From positions 1-14,327 of the forward strand of contig JBEKZX010000051.1 of the NCBI GenBank assembly GCA_049509455.1: a DNA stretch of 14,327 bases. Reading direction: 5' to 3'. Positions 1-6,881 of the stretch are shown one piece after another. The stretch comes from Conexivisphaerales archaeon (GTDB lineage: Archaea; Thermoproteota; Nitrososphaeria; Conexivisphaerales; DTJL01). The notes under the pieces are model-generated. The model was given only the letters and a program-made list of their open reading frames with translations, was not told the DNA's origin and did no database searches. How positions within the stretch are numbered: position 1 is the stretch's first letter; each line of letters opens with the position of its first letter. A program made the position numbers and the translations under genes.

Positions 1-41
1 CCAAGTCGGTGAAGTATGAGAGCAGCGTATACATACTCCAT
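1..41 (-). CDS. rpl12: 50S ribosomal protein P1/L12 (archaeal acidic stalk protein), 5' end only; runs off the window
   Basis: Minus strand from ATG at 41 reads MEYVYAALILHRLG, the characteristic N-terminus of archaeal L12/aP1 (MEYVYAALLLH..G). Only 13 full codons are visible. Confidence 0.8.
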   Translation of the reverse strand, partial: MEYVYAALILHRL

Positions 42-238
42 CTAGTATCTCACGTCAGACAAGCATCAGGCGGATGGTATTTAGACATTTCCTTTGCTAT
101 AGGAAAGTAAAGTTGTTTTCAAATCGACGTGAGCGCTTGTAGGAGACCTCTCAGAGTGATATCAGGCCATACCTTCTTGGTGGAACAGGTCCAACAGGAA
201 AGACGGCGTTGTTATTAGAAGCGCTGGACTTCGCCAAC

Positions 239-799
239 CTAGCGTGGCGCGTCCGGTTTAGAGTGGCGCGTTTTCATCCAAAGGCCTGTCATTGTGGCCC
301 CGACCAGAGCGAATGCCGCCACTTCCAGCGGGTCCACGAGAGTAAACAAGATTGTTCCGATGAAGTCTGCTATGGTAGCCATCGGCCCATAGGCCCCCCA
401 ATAGGACGACGCGGTCGTCATGAAGAACATGAGGGGTTGCCCCTCGGGATAAGGGCTCTGTGCGTCGGGGAGAAGAACCTGCAAAACGATGTTCGCTGCC
501 AAACAACCGATGAAAGTACAGACTAGTATCTTCTTCATCCGTGGGCTTCCCGAATCCGTCTCTCCCGGGTGCCCGCGAACAATGTAATCAAACTGTCCCC
601 AGTATCCACCGACAACAGGAAAAACGACCACAGTAAAGAACACATATGAGTAATAGGCGGCAATATACCATATGGTAGATGCGGCGCCCAAGTGGGAAAA
701 ATCGTAATGGTACAGCTGAATGCCGCTGAAGACTCGAACTACGCCGACTGCGAGACCGACTATTAGCCATCGGGCAGTGTCATGGTCGAAATGCATCAA
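239..799 (-). CDS. Hypothetical multi-pass membrane protein (186 aa, about 4-5 hydrophobic segments)
   Basis: Long ORF with hydrophobic runs (WLIVGLAVGVVRVF, IWYIAAYYSYVFFTVVVFPVV, ILVCTFIGCLAANIVLQVLL, IADFIGTILFTLV). Start is TTG 799 or ATG 796. No family recognised. Confidence 0.65.
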   Translation of the reverse strand: MMHFDHDTARWLIVGLAVGVVRVFSGIQLYHYDFSHLGAASTIWYIAAYYSYVFFTVVVFPVVGGYWGQFDYIVRGHPGETDSGSPRMKKILVCTFIGCLAANIVLQVLLPDAQSPYPEGQPLMFFMTTASSYWGAYGPMATIADFIGTILFTLVDPLEVAAFALVGATMTGLWMKTRHSKPDAPR

Positions 800-1180
800 A
801 CAAGGAGTAAAGTACCCGACTTTTATTGCTGTTGACCACCATCACGTCGAGTCTCCCAGCGCGGTTCGGGACTGCCATTTGGGCACCTCCGTTACAAAAA
901 AGTCTACGGGACGATTTTCCAGCCAATAAGAGGCTTTCCGAACGCAAACCCTCCCCCCCGGCCAACTTCAGCAGACGTCCAAGGAGAAAAGAGCGCGCTC
1001 AACACCGTCTGTCTCACGAAAAGTCCGCGGAACGTTAGCCCATCCAATTAAGACGCTCCCGGATAGTCAGGAATGGCCTCGTTATCGTCCCAATTAGATA
1101 AAACGGCGTTAAATCGCTTCCTGAAGTAGTAAGTAAGTATATCTACGGGCATAAATGATGTAAATATGTGATAGGCTAGC

Positions 1181-1528
1181 ATGCCAACAGCGAATTACGA
1201 ACTTCAACCTGACTTTGACAAGCTACTGCAGGCGGACATAGCCCTCAAGAACTGGTACAACTGCATCACGGATGAAGGAACCAAGCGCACCTACAGGTTC
1301 GGCATGCTGGCCTTCTTGGAGTACGTCAAGACGACCCCTACCGAGCTAATCCAGCAGGCAGATGAAGACTACAAACAGTCGCCTTTGATGAGGCAGAACG
1401 TCGTCCTCAATCATTTCAAGTGCTTTCTAGATTACATGAAGAAGGAGTTCATACCAAGGAACGCGAGGAAGGCCTACGCCATCGGAAAATGGTCGCTTGC
1501 GCCAGACGGCGGAACGCGTCTCAGGTAA
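1181..1528 (+). pseudogene. Tyrosine recombinase/integrase N-terminal (core-binding) fragment; catalytic domain absent
   Basis: WYNCITDEGTKRTYRFGMLAFLEYVKTTPTELIQQA resembles the N-terminal helical region of archaeal integrases (W...TxxxY...L..F....TPxEL). The resemblance ends near KAYAI (about 1483). No R..HxxR..Y catalytic motifs were seen in any downstream frame. TATA-like CATAAATG lies about 26 nt upstream of the ATG. Confidence 0.6.
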
Positions 1529-1741
1529 ATGAAACGGGTACGAGGATAATACAAGTTTTGCCAACACATCTAATATTATAATAGCAAGGGCCCCTATCTA
1601 CCTTGAAGGTTTTACATCACTTATTCCAGACTTGAACCCGTAATAGGTATTAATGCCGTCCGGTCCATCCATACTTCACATTCTTCGGCCGGGAGAGGTT
1701 CTAACACTTGGGGACGTGCCTTGTCCTTGTAATACCAGCCC

Positions 1742-2344
1742 CTAGCGCTCTCTCCGTTTCATTTCCTTCAAGAGCTCCTTCAGGAGGAGAATCATCTCAT
1801 CTAGCCTTGCGAGGATCTTGTCCCCTCTTCGCATTGATTCGATGATTTGGGGCAGCTGCTCAGGGTGTATTCTATTGATCACCGTCAACAGGTATGCATC
1901 GGTGAAAGCCTGGATGAACTTGGCGTTTTTCCCATTGTTTCTCTTCCACCCCCACATGACCGTGATCGCGTACATCCATAAGGTCCTCTCGTCGTCGCTC
2001 AATGGAGGGAGAACCTTCGCCGCGGCATCAAACATATCCTCAGGGGTTTCATAGTCCTCCTTGACGATGTCCTCCACCTCGTGGTACCAATCCGGAAAGA
2101 TGGTCTGATTGGGCGGAAGCACGTCCGCTTGCGGCGTCTCCACGAGAGGCGCTTGGGGCACGCTGACAGCAGGCCTCTGTCGCTCTGTCTTTATCTGACC
2201 TCTCTTGACCGTGCGGGCGTAGCGCTCTATGGTAGAGATGGCCAAGCCACCCATGAGGACGCTTATCTCTGTGTAGGACCGGCCTTCCTTCCGATAATCG
2301 ATTATCCTCTCCTTCTCCTCCTCGGTAAGCCTGCGCCTTCTCAT
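1742..2344 (-). CDS. HTH-domain protein with Pro-rich linker and C-terminal coiled coil (200 aa from ATG 2344)
   Basis: N-terminal RRLTEEEKERIIDYRKEGRSYTEISVLMGGLAISTIERY is a typical helix-turn-helix. C-terminal LARLDEMILLLKELLKEMK is heptad-like. ATG 2344 is preferred over the ORF-track start 2416, which falls inside the putative promoter/operator. Confidence 0.7.
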   Translation of the reverse strand: MRRRRLTEEEKERIIDYRKEGRSYTEISVLMGGLAISTIERYARTVKRGQIKTERQRPAVSVPQAPLVETPQADVLPPNQTIFPDWYHEVEDIVKEDYETPEDMFDAAAKVLPPLSDDERTLWMYAITVMWGWKRNNGKNAKFIQAFTDAYLLTVINRIHPEQLPQIIESMRRGDKILARLDEMILLLKELLKEMKRRER

Positions 2345-2395
2345 GACCACGCGTCTTCCCTCCGTCGTCTCTCCGACGTCGGCATCCGCAGGGGC

Positions 2396-2430
2396 ATAGC
2401 GTAGGTATTGAAACACCTACACTATTTACG
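2396..2430 (-). promoter_or_regulatory. TATA-like box overlapped by an inverted repeat (putative operator) upstream of the HTH gene
   Basis: ATAG-C-GTAGGT-attgaaac-ACCTAC-A-CTAT (2396-2425, 10 of 11 bp pair). Minus-strand TAAATA at 2428-2423. Confidence 0.45.
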
Positions 2431-2569
2431 CACACCGGCCAATCCGATTACGATATCGCCTGAAACTACCTTTGGCGCTGCGACACCATGGTGTCTCCTC
2501 TGGAAGCTACTCATCTTGGCTGGATGCCTAGCCGGGGACCTTGAAGGTCATGGTCAGAGAAGGATGGCC

Positions 2570-3091
2570 CTACCTTAACAGTCTCTCCCTCAGCGCCATC
2601 AGCTCCGAATAGAACTTCTCCCTCTTGATCGCGTTGTACACCAGCTCATATCCCTCCATCTCGTCGTGGACGTACTCCAGTATCTTATCATAATCCCTCT
2701 CGGCGTACAGGGAGGGTATCTCCCTGTTCACCGTCTCGACCGCCCTCCCCGTCAGCCCCACCTTCCACTCCCTGAACCTCCCGAACCTGTCCCCTAGGAA
2801 CTGGTAGAGGTCGAACCAGTTCAGCTCCCTGTTCAGCCTCTCCCAGGATTCGAACGTGAGGAGGCCCTTCGAGCGCAGGATTTGCAGTTGCTGCCTTATC
2901 TTGGGTCTGACGTTCTTGTTGTCCGGATGAAGTGCAGCCAGCTCGCCGTCGAATTGGTACAGTTCTCTCAAGGAAAGAGCCTGACCTAGCTGCTTCGCGG
3001 CAGGTCCCCTTGACGTTTGACGGGGTTGACCTGACGGTGTTGACGGCAGGAGGCTTCACTTGACGTCGATGACTTTCGGTCTGACCGCCAA
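2570..3091 (-). pseudogene. Chimeric ORF: DpnI-type winged-helix domain fused to the C-terminal half of an RNase H-like (DEDD-type) exonuclease; probable in-frame TGA at 3058-3056
   Basis: LSLRELYQFDGELAALHPDNKNVRPKIRQQLQILRSKGLLTF matches the DpnI C-terminal/Dam-replacing wH signature (LHPxN..I..KIRQQLQxLRDxG). The C-terminal DLYQF...TG...EIPSLY..RDYDKILEYVHDE resembles the end of archaeal RNase H-like exonucleases. A GGAGGTGA SD (3099-3092) precedes TTG 3091, which is in frame with 2971 but separated from it by TGA after 11 codons. The ORF-track part 2570-2971 is open. Confidence 0.6.
3011..3085 (+). repeat. Array of 8 same-orientation TGAC(G) motifs
   Basis: TGAC starts at 3011, 3018, 3027, 3032, 3041, 3061, 3070 and 3082 (five are TGACG). 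Extra copies at 2982 and 3151. None on the opposite strand in the interval. Confidence 0.7.
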
Positions 3092-3118
3092 TCACCTCCG
3101 TCTGATCATGCTCTCCAC

Positions 3119-3134
3119 GAACCGTTTATTAGCC
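3119..3134 (+). promoter_or_regulatory. BRE/TATA-like promoter of the dehydrogenase/hydratase-thiolase operon (probably leaderless)
   Basis: GAACCG-TTTATTA-GCC, with the TATA-like part 24-30 nt upstream of GTG 3155. Confidence 0.55.
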
Positions 3135-3154
3135 GTGAGCCAGCAGGCTTTGAC

Positions 3155-5152
3155 GTGTCCAGCCTAGAAATTAAGAAGGTGGCCGTCGTCGGGGCCGGCG
3201 AAATGGGCCATGGCATCGCCCAGCTGCTGGCCCAGAACGGTCTCGAGGTCCGCCTCTTGGACAAGTACCCGGAAGCGCTGCAGAAGGCCAAGGGCAGGAT
3301 AGAGGCCGACCTCAAGAGGCTTGTCGAACGGCAGAAGGTCAGCGATCAGGAGGCCAAGACCGTCATGGCGAGGATAGCGTTCACTGGCGATCTGTCGGCA
3401 GCCGTGAGGGAAGCCGACCTGGTAATTGAAGCCGTCCCGGAGCTTCTTGATCTGAAGAAGTCCATCTTCAGGGAGGTGGATTCAGCGGCGCCTTCAGCCG
3501 CCATCTTGGCATCAAACACTTCAAACATCAGGATATCTGAGTTGGCCGCCGCGACTTCGCGACCAGACAAGGTCGTGGGTCTCCACTTCTTCAACCCGCC
3601 CACCAGGATGAAGCTGGTCGAGGTCATCCCCAGCTCCCTGACCGATCCGAGGGTCGTCGAGGCCGTTTCCTCACTCTGCATCAAGCTGGGGAGGACGCCC
3701 GTGAAAGTGGCCAAGGACGTCCCAGGTTTCATCGTCAACAGGATAAACGCCGCCGACATACTGCTCTTCGGCCTGATCCTCGACAAGGGGATGGCCGCGC
3801 CTGAAGAAGTGGACTCTTACGCTAAAGCGCAGGGGCTGCCGATGGGGCCATACGAGCTCCTCGACTTCGTGGGCATCGACGTCGCCAACGACTCCCTTGA
3901 GTACTTCGCCGCGGCGCTCTCGCCAGAATACGGCAAGACGCAGGTCTTCAAGCGGATGGTGAAGGAGAAGAAACTGGGGAGGAAGACCGGCAGCGGCTTC
4001 TATGACTGGGCTTCAGGCAAGGCCGACATCCCCAAGGCCGAGCCGACCGACAAGCTCTCCATGATGGACCTCTTCTCCGTCGAAATCAACGAAGCGGTCA
4101 AGCTCATAGAGGAAGGAGTCGCCACCCCCGACGACATCGACAAGTCCGTCATGCTGGGCATGAACAGGCCGTTCGGCCCCATATCTGTCGCCAAGAGCTT
4201 CACCAACGCCGAAATCAGGTCGAAGCTGGAGGAGATGGCGACCAGATTCGACTGCCCGCTCTTCGCTCCCGCCAAGTCGATACTGGAGGGTAAGCTGCGC
4301 GAAGCAATAGAAGGAAGGCTCCAGGCGGAGCACGCGCCGCAGGCGACGGCGGCTCCGTCCGGGCTTGCGGCGAAGGTCAGCCTCCCCATTTACGTGGAGA
4401 GGCTAGGCGGAAGGGTGGCACGAATAGTGATTAACAGGCCCAAGCACAACACCCTGAACGCCGAAGTCCTGGACGGCCTTGACAAGATACTGGACGAGCT
4501 CTGGGACGACAAAGAGGTCACCGTCGTCCTCGTGACGGGGCAGGGACCCACGTTCTCGGCGGGCGCCGACCTCTCACAATTCTTCGCCACATCCCTGGAC
4601 TTTATGGATTTCGCCGCGAGGGGGGCGAGGCTTTTCAAGCGACTGACGGATTTCCCGAAACTGACCATAGCTGTCATGAAGGGATCTGCCTTGGGCGGCG
4701 GCCTGGAGCTTGCCCTCTCATGCGACCTGAGGATAGGCACCGAGGACGTAAAGATGGGATTCACGGAGGTCACCCTGGGCATTGTCCCGGGTTGGTCCGG
4801 AACCCAGAGGCTCACCAAACTAATCGGCTTATCCAGGGCTTCCCAGCTCATACTCACCGGGAACAAGATCTCTGGAAAGGAGGCCCTAGGACTGGGGATT
4901 CTCTTCACGCTGGCACCCCCGGGTGACCCCGACGCCTATGCTGAACAGGTGGCTTCGGAACTGGCTTCGAAGGTCGCCCCAGTCGCCTTGGCGTTGGCCA
5001 AGAAGCTGATCAACAGGGGAGGCGAGGTCCCGTCCGATGTCGGGCTTGAGATGGAGGCTATGGCGATGGGCATCCTCTTCGGCACGGATGACCTAAAGGA
5101 AGGCATCTCCGCCTTCTTCCAGAAGCGGAAACCGGAGTTCAAGGGCAAGTGA
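3155..5152 (+). CDS. 3-hydroxyacyl-CoA dehydrogenase / enoyl-CoA hydratase fusion (archaeal order: dehydrogenase N-terminal, crotonase C-terminal)
   Basis: Rossmann VVGAGEMGHGIA, IEAVPE, SNTS, catalytic HFFNP, GFIVNR, LGRKTGSGFY. Crotonase part has FSAGADL, GGGLEL (Glu1) and FTEVTLGIVPGWSGTQRL (Glu2). Confidence 0.95.
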   Translation: MSSLEIKKVAVVGAGEMGHGIAQLLAQNGLEVRLLDKYPEALQKAKGRIEADLKRLVERQKVSDQEAKTVMARIAFTGDLSAAVREADLVIEAVPELLDLKKSIFREVDSAAPSAAILASNTSNIRISELAAATSRPDKVVGLHFFNPPTRMKLVEVIPSSLTDPRVVEAVSSLCIKLGRTPVKVAKDVPGFIVNRINAADILLFGLILDKGMAAPEEVDSYAKAQGLPMGPYELLDFVGIDVANDSLEYFAAALSPEYGKTQVFKRMVKEKKLGRKTGSGFYDWASGKADIPKAEPTDKLSMMDLFSVEINEAVKLIEEGVATPDDIDKSVMLGMNRPFGPISVAKSFTNAEIRSKLEEMATRFDCPLFAPAKSILEGKLREAIEGRLQAEHAPQATAAPSGLAAKVSLPIYVERLGGRVARIVINRPKHNTLNAEVLDGLDKILDELWDDKEVTVVLVTGQGPTFSAGADLSQFFATSLDFMDFAARGARLFKRLTDFPKLTIAVMKGSALGGGLELALSCDLRIGTEDVKMGFTEVTLGIVPGWSGTQRLTKLIGLSRASQLILTGNKISGKEALGLGILFTLAPPGDPDAYAEQVASELASKVAPVALALAKKLINRGGEVPSDVGLEMEAMAMGILFGTDDLKEGISAFFQKRKPEFKGK

Positions 5153-6342
5153 TTGGATTGGAGGACGCTTACGTCGTCGACTTTCAAAGGACGCCCTTCT
5201 CCAAGTCCAAGCCCTCCGAGCCCGAGAAGGACGCCTTCAACTCCGTCAGGATGGACCAGGGACTCGCACTTCTGATCGGCAGGGTTGTGCTGAGGACGGG
5301 GGTCCAAGGTCATGAGATCGGCGACGTGATCACCGGCTGCGCCCTCCAGGTCGACGAGAATTGGCTCTACGGTGGAAGGCACCCGATCCTCCTCGCCGGC
5401 CTCCCCGTCTCCGTCCCAGGGATGGCGCTGGACAGGGCGTGCGCCTCCTCGATGAACGCCATCTCCACCGGTTCGTTCGAGATCATGACGGGTCATTCGG
5501 ATGTCGTCCTCGCAGGGGGAATGGAACACATGACTCATGTCCCCATGTCCAACAACCCGCACATGGCGGTCAATTCGAGGCTCATACTGAGGCCCGAATA
5601 CATGAAGTATCAGATGAACGTCGGCTACGTAATGGGCCTGACCGCAGAGAAGCTGGCAAGCGAAAGCGGCATTAAGAGAGAGACGATGGACGCATTCTCG
5701 GTCGAATCGCACAGGCGGGCGGCCGCATCCCTCGAAGCGGGCTGGTTCAAAGACGAGCTAATGCCGATGAAGGTCGAGTCAGGAGGGAAGGAGATCATGG
5801 TGGAGGAGGACCTCAGCATCAGGAAGGATCCCTCATTGGAGCAGCTTTCGAAGCTGCCTTCTGTCTTCAAGGACGGAGGGACGATCACCGCAGGCAACTC
5901 GTCCACCCTCAGCGCAGGAGCCTCCTTGGTCGCCCTGATGTCCGGAGCCAAGGTCAAGGAACATGGAGCCTCACCACTGGCCAAGATTGTCTCGTTCGGC
6001 TGGGCCGGCGTGGAGCCCAGCCTGATGGGCAAGGGACCGGTGCCTGCCAGCCTCAAGGCCCTCGCGAAGGCTGGAGTGAAACCTGAGGAGGTCGACCTGT
6101 GGGAGATCAACGAAGCCTTCGCCGTAGTCGTCCTTTACGCCATGAAAGAGCTGGGCATCGACCATCAGAGGTTGAACATCCACGGCGGCGCCATCGCCCT
6201 GGGTCACCCGCTCGGCGCCACGGGGGCCCGGCTCGTGGGTACTCTGGCCAGGCAGCTTCACGTCAGCGGCAAGAGGTACGGAGTCGCCGCGCTCTGCGTC
6301 GGCGGAGGACAGGGCTTCGCTACGGTCCTAGAACGGGCTTGA
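5149..6342 (+). CDS. Acetyl-CoA C-acyltransferase (thiolase)
   Basis: Catalytic Cys in RACASS, NEAFA, GGAIALGHPLGATG (His), ALCVGGGQG (second Cys). Start overlaps the upstream stop (GTGA). Confidence 0.95.
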   Translation: MIGLEDAYVVDFQRTPFSKSKPSEPEKDAFNSVRMDQGLALLIGRVVLRTGVQGHEIGDVITGCALQVDENWLYGGRHPILLAGLPVSVPGMALDRACASSMNAISTGSFEIMTGHSDVVLAGGMEHMTHVPMSNNPHMAVNSRLILRPEYMKYQMNVGYVMGLTAEKLASESGIKRETMDAFSVESHRRAAASLEAGWFKDELMPMKVESGGKEIMVEEDLSIRKDPSLEQLSKLPSVFKDGGTITAGNSSTLSAGASLVALMSGAKVKEHGASPLAKIVSFGWAGVEPSLMGKGPVPASLKALAKAGVKPEEVDLWEINEAFAVVVLYAMKELGIDHQRLNIHGGAIALGHPLGATGARLVGTLARQLHVSGKRYGVAALCVGGGQGFATVLERA

Positions 6343-6360
6343 CCTTTCGACTGCCATAGA

Positions 6361-6720
6361 ATGGATCTAAAGGCCTCGTTCTACTCGGCCCTCCTGATGG
6401 CGAGCGAGATAGGGGACGTCAACAGGTTCCAGGATTCGTCCTCCCTTGTCTGATACGCCGGCCTCGCTCCTTCCATCCATTCATCTGGAGGGACGACGTA
6501 TCACGGCGGGATAACGAAGCAGGGGAGCCCCTACCTGAGGTGGATACTGAACCAGTGCGTCAGGGTCCACATGAGGGCGGAGCCGGACGGGTCCGTGGCA
6601 TCGTTCTATACCAGGCTGGCTAGGAAGAAGGGGAACTCCAAGGCCGTGGTGGCCGCCTCCGCGAAGCTCCTGAAGGTGGCCTGCTGGGTCCTCAGGGAGA
6701 GGAGGGAATATCACAGTTAG
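6361..6720 (+). pseudogene. IS110-family transposase, C-terminal (Transposase_20-type) fragment with in-frame stop; RuvC-like DEDD domain missing
   Basis: Reads MDLKASFYSALLMASEIGDVNRFQDSSSLV*YAGLAPSIHSSGGTTYHGGITKQGSPYLRWILNQCVRVHM...FYTRLARKKGNSKAVVAASAKLLKVACWVLRERREYHS*. This contains the EIGD..RF, YAGLxP...SG, G.ITKxG..YLR and KAxVA..KLL motifs. TGA at 6451-6453. The resemblance starts at about 6379. Confidence 0.9.
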
Positions 6721-6881
6721 GGGGCACGGCCGCATCCATCTTTGTGAGGAGGGCGTGCCTCGGTAACATAAACGCGGTGTGCCCCTTGACAAGGTGCCGG
6801 AGGTACGATAGTGGGGGAGAGCCCCGAATGGGTAATTGCCATACCTCTGTCGCCGCGTTCAAATGTCGCCCACATGGGTAA
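6376..6881 (+). mobile_element. 5'-truncated IS110/IS1111-type insertion sequence remnant, right end predicted at the AA core 6880-6881
   Basis: Transposase fragment followed by a structured 3' non-coding region. The right end is inferred from RNA-loop matches to 6874-6886. The left boundary is approximate. Confidence 0.65.
6719..6854 (+). ncRNA. Putative bridge/seek RNA (two stem-internal loop-hairpin modules) in the IS right end
   Basis: Module 1: outer stem 6719-6733/6774-6787, 12x12-nt internal loop (ATCCATCTTTGT / GGTAACATAAAC), inner stem GAGG/CCTC. Module 2: outer stem 6793-6805/6842-6854, internal loop (CGATAGTG / GAATGGGTAATTGCCA), inner stem GGGG/CCCC. Confidence 0.65.

Noticed and set aside
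948-965. CCCCCGGC run resembling the tRNA-Ser 3' end (possible att site)
   Set aside because: Only 8 nt of low-complexity match, with no T-arm.
1626-1641. Minus-strand GGGTTCAAGTC, T-loop-like
   Set aside because: The flanks do not form a 5-bp T-stem, and there are no other tRNA arms.
2482-2495. Perfect 14-bp palindrome GACACCATGGTGTC
   Set aside because: About one such palindrome is expected by chance in 14 kb (14,000/4^7), and there is no second copy or supporting context.
2688-3095. 135-aa minus-strand ORF from GTG 3095
   Set aside because: Out of frame with the recognisable wH domain and has no motifs; at most its first 40 codons could be a frameshifted N-terminus.
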